From positions 1,152,001 through 1,216,000 of the forward strand of contig OZ242351.1 of assembly GCA_965208675.1 (NCBI GenBank): 64,000 bases of DNA, written 5' to 3'. A program made the position numbers and the translations under genes. Of the stretch, positions 40,035-49,304 are shown in pieces (position 1 is the stretch's first letter; each line of letters begins with the position of its first letter). Under the pieces are notes generated by a model. It saw nothing but the letters and a program-made list of their open reading frames with translations. It did not search any database and had not been told where the DNA came from. Source of the DNA: Candidatus Poribacteria bacterium. Its GTDB lineage: Bacteria > Poribacteria > WGA-4E > PCPOR2b.

Positions 40035-41501
40035 ATGCGCACCGCCATCCAAAACCAACCCGAGCAGATTATCGAAAGCCGCCTTATTGAAATTCGGCGG
40101 CGAATGCACTTGAACCTATTCTTGAGCCGTCTCGCGCATTTTGGGTTCTGGGGGCTTCTCCTTGCCGGAATCCTGCTCATCCTCAATCGACTTATCCCGC
40201 TGCCAATTCCCGTCAGTCTCGCTGCGCCGCTTCCCCTCGCCATCGGATTCGCCGCCGCGCTGTGCCTTTCCCTGTTGCGCAAATCAAATCTTTTCGCAGT
40301 TGCGCGCACTGTGGACACCCGTTTAAATCTAAAGGAACGCCTCAGTACCGCCTGTGAAGCCATCCAACGCGGAAAGCCAGACGATGACTTTGTCCGCTTG
40401 CAAATTAAAGATGCGGGTCATGTTGCACGGGCGATCGTCCCGGGGGTGTCCTTTCCTTACACCGTCCCGTCAACGCTCAAGTGGATCCCAATCGCCCTCT
40501 TGCTCATCGCCTCCGCTTTTGTGATTCCCCAAATGTATGAACTGCCACCTCCGTTGTCCGCAGCCGAGCGTGCAGCCATAGATCATGCGGCAGAAACGCT
40601 CGAATCAGAGCAAAACGTGGTTCCTGATACTGACCTCGCCAGAAAAATACGGGATACCATAGGTAAATTACGCCATAGTGACATTGATGCTAATCGGTCG
40701 CAAGCGGAGTTAAGCGCACTGCGTGATAAAATCCGAGCCAAAAAAAGCCAAGTTGAAAGCGGAACAGATAGTATTGTAAAGGCGATTTCTGAAACGGACG
40801 AACTGTCCAAACATTTCAAAGGCCGCACAGCGAGCGACATCGCCTCGGATTTAGAAAAACGGGCGGCACAGATGAATGGACTTACGCCCGGGCAACGGGC
40901 GGAGTTGGAGGCGTTGCTGAAGAAGATTGCCCAAAGTCTCGGTGATAACCCCGCTATGGAAAATCTGACGAATCAGTTGGCAGAGCTTCAGACAGAAGCG
41001 GTGAGTGCCGAAATGCTTCAGCGAATCGCGCGGGCGCTCCTTCAAAGTACAGATGAAATCGCCCAGTTGGATAAGCTATTGCAACAAATAAGGACGAATC
41101 GCCGAAACATTGCGTTAGCCGGCATCGAGTTGGATCGAAAAACACCGGGCGCTGCGGGCAGCGGAAGCGGATCCGGTGAAGCATCGGATGCAGCGGATTC
41201 ACAAGACACGATGAGTGGGTCAAAGCCCCAGCCGCTCAATCCCCCATCGGACAATTCCTTACCTGACCTTGAACTCACAGCTCCCCCATCCGACTCGCAG
41301 GCGTTCACACAGGTCTACGTTGACGAAGACCCCACCGGTGAAGGCGAGCCTACCTACATGCCCTACCGCGAAGTCTATCTCCACGCCCAACAAGCCTACG
41401 CCCAAGCAATAGAGAGAGATGAAATTCCCGTAAAATACCGGGAACAAGTCAAGGCTTATTTAGAAGCCATCGCCAACCTAGAAAACAAAGATTCGCAATA
41501 A
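40035..41501 (+). CDS. Membrane-anchored coiled-coil hypothetical protein
   Basis: N-terminal TMs, LKERLSTA, long helical region, G/S-rich linker and C-terminal IPVKYREQVKAY. Confidence 0.8.
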   Translation: MRTAIQNQPEQIIESRLIEIRRRMHLNLFLSRLAHFGFWGLLLAGILLILNRLIPLPIPVSLAAPLPLAIGFAAALCLSLLRKSNLFAVARTVDTRLNLKERLSTACEAIQRGKPDDDFVRLQIKDAGHVARAIVPGVSFPYTVPSTLKWIPIALLLIASAFVIPQMYELPPPLSAAERAAIDHAAETLESEQNVVPDTDLARKIRDTIGKLRHSDIDANRSQAELSALRDKIRAKKSQVESGTDSIVKAISETDELSKHFKGRTASDIASDLEKRAAQMNGLTPGQRAELEALLKKIAQSLGDNPAMENLTNQLAELQTEAVSAEMLQRIARALLQSTDEIAQLDKLLQQIRTNRRNIALAGIELDRKTPGAAGSGSGSGEASDAADSQDTMSGSKPQPLNPPSDNSLPDLELTAPPSDSQAFTQVYVDEDPTGEGEPTYMPYREVYLHAQQAYAQAIERDEIPVKYREQVKAYLEAIANLENKDSQ

Positions 41502-41507
41502 ACTCTT

Positions 41508-41959
41508 GTAGGATCGGTAGGAGCGATCTCCGAATCGAGACCCTCATTTAAAACCGAGTTTTTTCTTCAAAACTCGGTTTTTTAAACGCAGCTTTTGTAG
41601 GTTGGGTAGAGCGGATATGCTGATACATACATAGTACTTTTTAAGCAGTTCAGCTCTTGTAGGTTGGGTTAAGCGGTGATGACGAAAGAGAGTGTATGCG
41701 CTGTATGCGTGTCGAGGTGAGAGCGCATTTGAAATTTTGAAAAGATATAGCGAACCCAACGATCAACTGAGCGAATAGATCAAGCGACCGAATAGGGAGT
41801 GCGATAGAACTCTTTGGCGGTAGTCTTCAGCATTAATAGCCTCCCGGCCTCCCCGAAATTGTGTTTCGCTCCACCCCTACAAATCTTGATCGCTGTCAAT
41901 GCACCAACCTCATCCTCAAAATAAATCCGTTTAATCATCTCCGCTCTACCCAACCTACA
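41508..41959. repeat. Mosaic of REP-like/palindromic elements including nested GTAG-REPs
   Basis: Perfect 20-bp IR at 41596-41615/41940-41959 encloses a second REP at 41658-41760; also an AAACCGAGTTTT/AAAACTCGGTTT palindrome and GTAGGAGCGATCTCCGAATCG. Confidence 0.8.
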
Positions 41960-42057
41960 GAAACGCCGCGCACACGAATTTGCGCAAATTTTGAATAATA
42001 TGGTACAATTCCGAACAATTCATTTCAATCCATCTTTTAATCGTGTGAGGATTTTAC

Positions 42058-43626
42058 GTGAACAATAACCTAAACGAAATCGAACGGCGGCTGTGGAGCG
42101 CCGCCGATGTACTCCGAGCCAATTCGCGGCTGCGGCCGTCTGAATACTCAACGCCGGTCCTCGGTCGAATCTTCCTCCGCTACGCCGACCACAAGTTTAC
42201 GCAGACAGAATCCGAAATCAACCGTGAACCGACCGCGGGCAGGCGTAGACGAGCCGACAAGACCGAATTTCAGGCGCGCGGCGCATTCTACCTCCCTGAG
42301 ACTGCGCGATTCAACCATCTCCTGAACCTGCCCGAAAGCGAAAACATCGGACAAGCTATCAACAACGCCATGAAGGCGATTGAGGAGGAAAACAGACAGG
42401 TTGACGGTGTGCTGCCCAAAACCTACAACCGGCTCGAAAAGACCACGCTTCTTGAACTGCTCCGCATCATGGAACGTATTCCGATGGATATTGAGGGCGA
42501 CGCATTCGGTAAAGTCTACGAATATTTCCTCGGCAACTTCGCCATGACCGAAGGCGCGCGCGGCGGCGAGTTTTTCACCCCTACCTCGCTCGTAAAGCTA
42601 ATCGTCGAAATCATCGAACCGTACCAAGGACGCATCCTCGACCCCGCCTGCGGCTCCGGCGGCATGTTTGTCCAGAGCGCTGATTTCGTGCAGCGGCACC
42701 GCGAAAACGGAAACGGGCAAATCAGCATTCACGGAATCGAACGCGTCGCCGAGACTATCCGCCTCTGCAGGATGAACCTCGCTGTCCACGGACTCGAAGG
42801 CGACATAAAGCAGGCGAATAGCTACTACGAAGACGCGCACCGCGCCTTCGAAAAGTTCGACTTCGTCATGGCGAATCCCCCTTTCAACGTCGATCGCGTC
42901 GACAGAGAACGCATCAAAGACGACCCGCGTTTCCCGTTCGGCATGCCCCGCGTGGACAACGCCAACTATCTCTGGATTCAACTCTTCTTCAGCACGCTTA
43001 ACACCTTTGGGCGTGCCGGCTTCGTCATGGCGAACTCCGCCGCCGACGCCCGCGCATCGGAACTCGAAATCCGCCGGCAGATTATCGAATCCCGCGCCGT
43101 TGATGTCATGGTCAGCATCGGGTCCAACTTCTTCTACACTGTTGCATTGCCCTGTACCCTCTGGTTCTTCGACAAGTCAAAAGGGCACGGCGATAGACGG
43201 GATTCTGTGTTGTTCATTGATGCCCGCCACATCTATCATCAAGTCAGTCGCTCGCATCGCGAGTTCACGCCCCAACAACTGGAGTTTCTCGCCAATATCG
43301 TCCGGCTCCATCGCGGCAAACCGCCCGAAAATCGCCACGACAGTGCGGAATTGATGGGGTCGAAATTCCCTGATGGTACGTATGCCGATGTGCCCGGTCT
43401 CTGCAAAGTCGCGTCAATTGCGGAAATCGAAGCGCAAGGCTGGAGCCTCAACCCCGGCCGTTACGTCGGCGTCGCCGATCGAGAGGCGGATGCCTTCGAC
43501 TTCGCCGAACGGCTGGGCGAACTCAACGAGGAACTGGAAATCCTGAACGCTGAAGCGCATCAGTTAGAGGAACGCATCGGGGAGAATGTAGCCATGATTT
43601 TGGAGGAGTCAGTGAAAATCGTCTGA
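42058..43626 (+). CDS. hsdM: Type I restriction-modification methyltransferase subunit
   Basis: [24 protein letters not shown] and NPPF. Confidence 0.96.
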   Translation: MNNNLNEIERRLWSAADVLRANSRLRPSEYSTPVLGRIFLRYADHKFTQTESEINREPTAGRRRRADKTEFQARGAFYLPETARFNHLLNLPESENIGQAINNAMKAIEEENRQVDGVLPKTYNRLEKTTLLELLRIMERIPMDIEGDAFGKVYEYFLGNFAMTEGARGGEFFTPTSLVKLIVEIIEPYQGRILDPACGSGGMFVQSADFVQRHRENGNGQISIHGIERVAETIRLCRMNLAVHGLEGDIKQANSYYEDAHRAFEKFDFVMANPPFNVDRVDRERIKDDPRFPFGMPRVDNANYLWIQLFFSTLNTFGRAGFVMANSAADARASELEIRRQIIESRAVDVMVSIGSNFFYTVALPCTLWFFDKSKGHGDRRDSVLFIDARHIYHQVSRSHREFTPQQLEFLANIVRLHRGKPPENRHDSAELMGSKFPDGTYADVPGLCKVASIAEIEAQGWSLNPGRYVGVADREADAFDFAERLGELNEELEILNAEAHQLEERIGENVAMILEESVKIV

Positions 43627-43724
43627 ATCAGGATATCCAGAATTAAAGGATTTTCAGGATAATAAACGGGTGCGGCACGGACAAATCCTGTGAATCCTTT
43701 AATCCTGCAAATCCTGATTCAGAC
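43621..43724. repeat. Inverted ATCC-periodic repeat ending in GATTCAGAC
   Basis: GTCTGAATCAGGAT...AATCCTGTGAATCCTTTAATCCTGCAAATCCTGATTCAGAC. Confidence 0.85.
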
Positions 43725-43777
43725 TGAATTCAGCGACAATTTTGGAGGTAGACGATGTAACAATTGTCGAAAAAAAC

Positions 43778-43807
43778 TTGACAACTGTAATTCCTTGAGG
43801 GTACAAT
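43778..43807 (+). promoter_or_regulatory. Sigma70-like promoter
   Basis: TTGACA-N18-TACAAT. Confidence 0.55.
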
Positions 43808-43812
43808 ACTGC

Positions 43813-43900
43813 TAATACAATCTAGGGGATAGGACGGGCATGTTATTTACTAACCGAGGGCATGATCACCTTCGGCGTAGACAATGTGCCTTTTTTTGTT
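43813..43900 (+). ncRNA. Candidate small non-coding RNA
   Basis: Lies between the promoter and an imperfect C-UUCG-G hairpin followed by a T-run; no substantial ORF. Confidence 0.25.
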
Positions 43901-44112
43901 TTGTATAGAAAATGGCAGTGTGCCTAGTTTCCGTGGAATCGCTTAGCCCAAAGTTATCGCCGTCCAAATGCCCGTTAAGGCATGTTCGAAAATACAGGAC
44001 TTTTGAAACGTGGTTGAACTTCACTTACAAACGATGATTCCAAAAAAAACTTCTAGGTCATGGATGAGCTAGCATATTATAGATTTAACCAAATCCTGGA
44101 AATATTAAAAAT

Positions 44113-44399
44113 ATGTGACATGATGTGAGGTTTTGTGACATTCATCAAGATTTTGCCAAATTCAAAAATTCGTGGAACCCTTGTCGGAAGCGGATTTGAG
44201 AGCCTTTTGCTCCCCGCGGTGCTGCCACGCACAATATCGCTCACTATGTCACATATTGTGACATTGGAATTAAAGGTGAATCCACCTAAAATTCCATTAA
44301 ATTCACACTACAAGCGGAATTACGTAAGAAACAACGCCGCAAATTTGAATGTCACACGTAATATCACAAAATGTGACATGATGTGAGGTTTTGTGACAT
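44113..44399. repeat. Array of phased TGTGACA/TGTCACA boxes
   Basis: Identical 29-bp direct repeat ATGTGACATGATGTGAGGTTTTGTGACAT at 44113-44141 and 44371-44399; palindrome TGTCACA-TAT-TGTGACA at 44247-44263; TGTCACA at 44350. Confidence 0.85.
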
Positions 44400-44469
44400 C
44401 CTGTCGACGGAATTGACAGAAATTAACCGTGAAACTTTCTCGAAATGTAGGGAATGAGGAGGCACTACA

Positions 44470-45216
44470 ATGGATAATAACGGAAATAAACCCTTACCTG
44501 CTGCAGCACCTGCTAGCGGTACAGTATTAGACCTTCCAGAAGAACAAAAATGGGCGGCTTCCGTGTGGGACACGAAAAGCACGACCGAAATCGCAAGCGC
44601 CCTCGGCATTCCGCTTAATGTCGTAGAGGAATGGTGCGAACAGCCCCGTTTCCAAGTCGAACTCTGCCAACAAGAATGGGACATTCAGCCGGAAATCGAG
44701 GTAACACACGCTGTCGTACTGGTGTTGGAAGATGTCTCTTATGCCGAAACCGAGGTTATGGTCGGATTGGAAAATGGCACCCTTATGGCTTGGGCACAAG
44801 ATGAGGAAAGCGACTTTAATAGACTACTGTATTACCTGAATGACGAGGCAAACAATTCGTCGCTATCTGGTCTTTCACCAGAAGATCGAATTTTTGAAAA
44901 TCGTGCAGACGGCTTGAGCGAAGAGCAACTGCAAGCAATTCCTCTTATCGTCGAGGGAAAAACGGATGCAGATGTCGCCGAATCAATCGGCAAAGCGCGA
45001 GAAACGGTCAACCGGTGGCGAAACCGTGACAATGCCTTCAAGACAGCATTGGATGATGCAAGCAAGTCCCATTACGATTCACAAATCGCGGCGCTGACGG
45101 CACGTACACAGAAAGCGCTCTCAGTCCTCGATGGGCTGCTCGAGAGCGATGACGAAAAAATTCGCCTGCAAGCGGCAAGCTTGCTTATAAAATCAACGCC
45201 AGCGCTAAGAAAATAG
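44470..45216 (+). CDS. Multi-HTH DNA-binding protein (phage terminase-small-subunit/phBC6A51-like HTH)
   Basis: SD GAGGAGG; HTH LSEEQLQAIPLIVEGKTDADVAESIGKARETVNRW plus two degenerate upstream HTH units; C-terminal EKIRLQAA. Confidence 0.75.
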   Translation: MDNNGNKPLPAAAPASGTVLDLPEEQKWAASVWDTKSTTEIASALGIPLNVVEEWCEQPRFQVELCQQEWDIQPEIEVTHAVVLVLEDVSYAETEVMVGLENGTLMAWAQDEESDFNRLLYYLNDEANNSSLSGLSPEDRIFENRADGLSEEQLQAIPLIVEGKTDADVAESIGKARETVNRWRNRDNAFKTALDDASKSHYDSQIAALTARTQKALSVLDGLLESDDEKIRLQAASLLIKSTPALRK

Positions 45217-45307
45217 TGTCGAGGCGCTTCATTCATAGTATTGGCGTACCTCTGCAAAGGGAGCTATATTCCGGTGTTCTAAGGATTTCCTTGGTAGGTT
45301 GGAGAAT

Positions 45308-45424
45308 AAAATCGCCTGAATCAACCTTGGCGGCGTAATAGGATATACAGGACAATAGACGTAGGTCGACAGAATGAATCCTGTAAATCCTTTAATCCTG
45401 AAAATCCTCATTCAGACTCAATTC
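45308..45424. repeat. Second copy of the ATCC-periodic repeat
   Basis: AAAATCGCCTGAATCA...AATCCTGTAAATCCTTTAATCCTGAAAATCCTCATTCAGAC. Confidence 0.8.
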
Positions 45425-45448
45425 GACGGTGCAACTGGAGGACACGGT

Positions 45449-46684
45449 TTGTTTGGAAAATTGCCTAAAGGTTGGAAAATCAGAACACTTGGAGATGTTA
45501 CACACATCTTTAAGGGAGGCACCCCTAAACGCAATGTTGAGAGATATTTCCAAGGCGATATTGCATGGGCCACACCGACTGACATTTCCAAATTGAATGG
45601 GGCATTGTACATTGATGATACAGCAACACATATATCCGAGGAAGCTCTGGGAAAAAGTTCCGCAAGATTGTTGCCGGTTGGAACTGTACTTTTGACGAGC
45701 CGAGCAACAATTGGAAAGGTTGCAATCACTAGGGTTCCCATAGCAACAAATCAAGGCTTTGCCAACTTCTTATGCAAAGAGGAGATTGTAAATGTCTTTC
45801 TTGCCTACTTTCTCAGAGCCGTAACGGACATGCTAGTGTCGCTCGGTACGGGAACAACATTTTTGGAGGTTACGAAGGCAACACTTCTTGACGTTGAAAT
45901 TCCGCTACCCCCTCGCCCCACCCAACGCAAAATCGCTGCCATTCTCAGCGCCTACGACAACCTCATTGATAACAACACCCGCCGCATCAAAATCCTTGAA
46001 GACATGGCGGCTACCATCTACCGGCAATGGTTCGTCGAATTCCGCTTCCCCGGCCACCAAAACGTCCCAATGGTCGAGTCCGAGCTAGGCTCAATCCCGC
46101 AGGGGTGGGAAGTAATGCCACTTGGTGAAATTTGCCATGTGTTAATGGGCCAGTCACCGAAATCTGAGTTCTATAATGAAACAGGGGAAGGGTTACCATT
46201 CCACCAAGGCGTAACAGACTTTGGGAACCGATTTCCAACAGATCAGGTATATTGCACTGTTGAAAATCGCATTGCAAACGAAGGGGATATCTTATTTAGC
46301 GTTCGTGCACCTGTTGGAAGAATCAACCTCGCAAATAAAAGGATAGTAATTGGTCGTGGACTTGCTGCAATCCGAAGCAATCGTGGAAATCAATCGTTTT
46401 TATTTCAACAATTGCGAGATGAATTCCGAGAGGAAGACACCATGGGCAGTGGGAGGATTTTTAATGCAATCACGAAGGGAGATTTGTTGGGGATTCAACT
46501 CCTAAAACCAATAGAATCAAATATCGATCACTTCGAGGAAAATGTCGAACCAATCTTCTCTAAGTTGGCAAACCTAACACTTAAAAGCACCAACCTCCGC
46601 CAAACCCGCGACCTCCTCCTCCCCAAACTCATTTCAGGAGAGATTGACGTATCCGAACTTGACATTGACACCGAAGGGATATAA
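45449..46684 (+). CDS. hsdS: Type I restriction-modification specificity subunit
   Basis: Two TRDs, QRKIAAILSAYDNLI..N, IPQGWEV and LRQTRDLLLPKLISGE; TTG start at 45449 with GGAGG upstream. Confidence 0.95.
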   Translation: MFGKLPKGWKIRTLGDVTHIFKGGTPKRNVERYFQGDIAWATPTDISKLNGALYIDDTATHISEEALGKSSARLLPVGTVLLTSRATIGKVAITRVPIATNQGFANFLCKEEIVNVFLAYFLRAVTDMLVSLGTGTTFLEVTKATLLDVEIPLPPRPTQRKIAAILSAYDNLIDNNTRRIKILEDMAATIYRQWFVEFRFPGHQNVPMVESELGSIPQGWEVMPLGEICHVLMGQSPKSEFYNETGEGLPFHQGVTDFGNRFPTDQVYCTVENRIANEGDILFSVRAPVGRINLANKRIVIGRGLAAIRSNRGNQSFLFQQLRDEFREEDTMGSGRIFNAITKGDLLGIQLLKPIESNIDHFEENVEPIFSKLANLTLKSTNLRQTRDLLLPKLISGEIDVSELDIDTEGI

Positions 46685-46999
46685 CCGCGAGCTAGTGCGA
46701 GCTAATGCAGTTATGGTGCGTCACTTCAAAAGCTATGAAATTTCATAGTAACATTTTTTAAAAAGTCGGCTAAACCCGCGCCCCACCTAAGTTTACAGAC
46801 ATTCGTCGTCCGCTCTTTTTCACAGTTTACTATGAAAACTATGAAATTCTGCACCAAAATCACCCATCGCTTCACCGTTACGCTAATTTCACCGCAACGT
46901 AATATTAACGAAAGTTACGATTATCTTTCGCAATAAACCAACATGTGATAAAATAGCTTCGTCTTATGACCGCAAGGTAGCTAGGAAAGGTGCCCACCC

Positions 47000-48223
47000 A
47001 TGCCACAAGCGAAATCATATTTGGAAAAAGTTCATATCAAAAACTTCTTGAGTTTTTCTGATGTGGAGTTTCCGTTAAAGCCTTTGACAATCCTTGTTGG
47101 TCCCAATGCTAGTGGGAAATCAAATGCGCTTGAAAGTTTGCATCTTCTCAACAGAACAATCACACACGGTGCGCTGCCCGCGCTTGTGGTAATCCGAGAT
47201 ACATCCCCGATGAATGAAGCGGACCGCGTTCGCTTTAGATTTCAAGCACAAATTGGACAAGCTGAAACAATATACAATCTAGTTCTAGAAGCGCAGACGG
47301 ACGGGAGTTCAGTCAATACGGAATCATCAATGCACGATCGGGCGACATCTCCAGTGCGAATTGTTGATGAAGGGCTACTGGTTAATGGTGTAAATGTAAT
47401 TTCATTCCAAGGCGGACAGCTTCTGCTCAAAGACGAGAATGGCGAGAATGAGACAACATTCAAATCTGACACTCTCGCACTGAAGTCTGCTGGGAATTAC
47501 GGAAACAAACCTATCACCCGTGAATTAGCGGAATTTATTGAGAAATGGGAATTCTTTGATTTTCGGTCAAAACTCGAATCAAGTTCCTTCACAACCCCTA
47601 TGGTTTGGTCGCCGAGACAACATGGTTTTCCAAATTCGCACGCTACTTATAAGGACCTTCAGATATCGTCATTATCTTCGTTGCTTTTAGATTGGTATGA
47701 AAGCGATCGGGATCGATTCGACTGCGTCAGTGAACGCCTTCAGGCTTCTACTAATCTCAAAATAGAAAGGCGTTCAGTTGCCGGAGTTAACGTACTCACT
47801 CTAGAAGGGCACAAGTCTTGGTCATTCCTAGATACTGCATCTGACGGCACATTACGTCTAATGGCATATTACACCATGCTTAACCGCCCAGAGTTGCCGC
47901 CGCTAATTGCCATTGAAGAACCGGAACGGAATCTTCACCCCGCTGCTTTGACTGAAATAGCAAATGTCCTTGAGCAACTTGCCGAACAATCCCAAATCAT
48001 TATCACTACCCATAGCTCACAGCTTCTTGATGTCTTCACTCCCGAAAAATTATCGGATTCTATTGGTGTTTTGCTTTTGCGCAACCCGCCTGAACGTGGC
48101 ACGGAGTTCATCAGCCTTCAGGATATCCGTCGCAACCGTGTCGCATTAGATGGTTGGATTGCAGATTTTGGGATAGGCAGTGCCATTTTCGAGAGTGAAC
48201 TTCTGCAAGACCTAATGGAGTAA
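47000..48223 (+). CDS. ABC-type (AAA_21/AAA_15) ATPase
   Basis: Walker A GPNASGKS, signature ASDGTLR, Walker B/D-loop IAIEEPERNLHP and H-loop ITTHS. Confidence 0.92.
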   Translation: MPQAKSYLEKVHIKNFLSFSDVEFPLKPLTILVGPNASGKSNALESLHLLNRTITHGALPALVVIRDTSPMNEADRVRFRFQAQIGQAETIYNLVLEAQTDGSSVNTESSMHDRATSPVRIVDEGLLVNGVNVISFQGGQLLLKDENGENETTFKSDTLALKSAGNYGNKPITRELAEFIEKWEFFDFRSKLESSSFTTPMVWSPRQHGFPNSHATYKDLQISSLSSLLLDWYESDRDRFDCVSERLQASTNLKIERRSVAGVNVLTLEGHKSWSFLDTASDGTLRLMAYYTMLNRPELPPLIAIEEPERNLHPAALTEIANVLEQLAEQSQIIITTHSSQLLDVFTPEKLSDSIGVLLLRNPPERGTEFISLQDIRRNRVALDGWIADFGIGSAIFESELLQDLME

Positions 48224-48228
48224 CCAGC

Positions 48229-48756
48229 ATGTCAACCGTAAGAATCTGGGATTTAAACCCCCACTTTGATGCCAATGCGGTCAAACGTACCGCATATCAG
48301 GTGGTAAGAGATTCGCAACTTGATAATCTTTTCATCCAAACAGTTGACAAAAAGGCATTCTTGATTCGAAAAGGGAAAGCCTTGAGCAACACCTTGAGGC
48401 AAGCGATTCAGCTTTACCTCCAACAAGATGACTATGTCATTTTCGTCGCCGATTCCCATAGTCCGCCGCAAACCGATCAACAACCACGAGTGTCGGATTC
48501 TTTGATCAGTCACGTTGCACAGGTCGTAAAAGACAATATATTTGACGGCAGGGTATTCCTCGCACGAAGTGTTCAGGAACTGAACGCATGGTTGCCAATT
48601 ACGCAAAAATCCTTTGAAGGGAACTCAACTGCGTGGCAGAAAGAGTGGAACAACATAGTCACATCATTCCACGACGCCTTTGCCAACACGCCAGAGAATG
48701 AGGTTGCGCGGGATCTTGATGCAACATTGGAGGAGGTGAGGCGTGAGCGAACCTGA
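48229..48756 (+). CDS. Short DUF4276-like protein with an antitoxin-like C-terminal helix
   Basis: VIFVADSH and VFLARSVQELNAWL resemble ATPase-partner DUF4276/TOPRIM-like motifs; acidic C-terminal helix overlaps the PIN gene. Confidence 0.55.
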   Translation: MSTVRIWDLNPHFDANAVKRTAYQVVRDSQLDNLFIQTVDKKAFLIRKGKALSNTLRQAIQLYLQQDDYVIFVADSHSPPQTDQQPRVSDSLISHVAQVVKDNIFDGRVFLARSVQELNAWLPITQKSFEGNSTAWQKEWNNIVTSFHDAFANTPENEVARDLDATLEEVRRERT

Positions 48757-49210
48757 ACATCGGTGGCGCGTTTACCGGATAACAATTGACACCAATGTCT
48801 TTTTGCGTTCATTAATTCGTCGCGAAAACGACGCTAATCATCTGCTCTCCCTTTGGATAGATTTACGGTTTGTCCTTGTGTTATCGCAGGCAATTCTTGA
48901 TGAAATTCGAGAGGTGCTGTCAAGGCCCGCACTCATCCAAAAATACTCATTTTCGCCGCATTCAGTCTCCCATCTAATCGATCTATTGGGCGGACGAGCA
49001 GTCATTGTTGAAGTACCTTTCTCATATGAATTATGCCGCGATGTTAAAGATGATCCGGTAGCCGATTGTGCGGTCTGGGGAAGAGTACAATTCTTGGTAT
49101 CCTATGACAACGACTTTTTAGATGATTCCACACTCAGACAGGCTTTGTTTGAATTCGGCGTGGAAATCGTTCATCCCGGTACGGTTCTGGAGAACATTCA
49201 GGGCGCATAA
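48743..49210 (+). CDS. PIN-domain ribonuclease (TA toxin family, TIGR00305-like)
   Basis: ITIDTNVFLRSL, EIREVL.RP, CRDVKDD and LVSYDND. Confidence 0.9.
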   Translation: MSEPEHRWRVYRITIDTNVFLRSLIRRENDANHLLSLWIDLRFVLVLSQAILDEIREVLSRPALIQKYSFSPHSVSHLIDLLGGRAVIVEVPFSYELCRDVKDDPVADCAVWGRVQFLVSYDNDFLDDSTLRQALFEFGVEIVHPGTVLENIQGA

Positions 49211-49304
49211 GTCAACGCACCCGATCCCGTCATTGATCGAGAGACGTTACATCTCAACAAATCTCTCCGCAAGTTAGGAAACGCGCTAGCCCAATTCAAT
49301 TGAC

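Noticed and set aside
45374-45448. HsdS N-terminal extension MNPVNPLILKILIQT
   Set aside because: It is the translated ATCC repeat; a better RBS and TTG start lie at 45449
43626-46684. Invertible hsdS shufflon
   Set aside because: There is only one hsdS, no silent TRD copies and no recombinase, and the flanking repeats are in direct orientation
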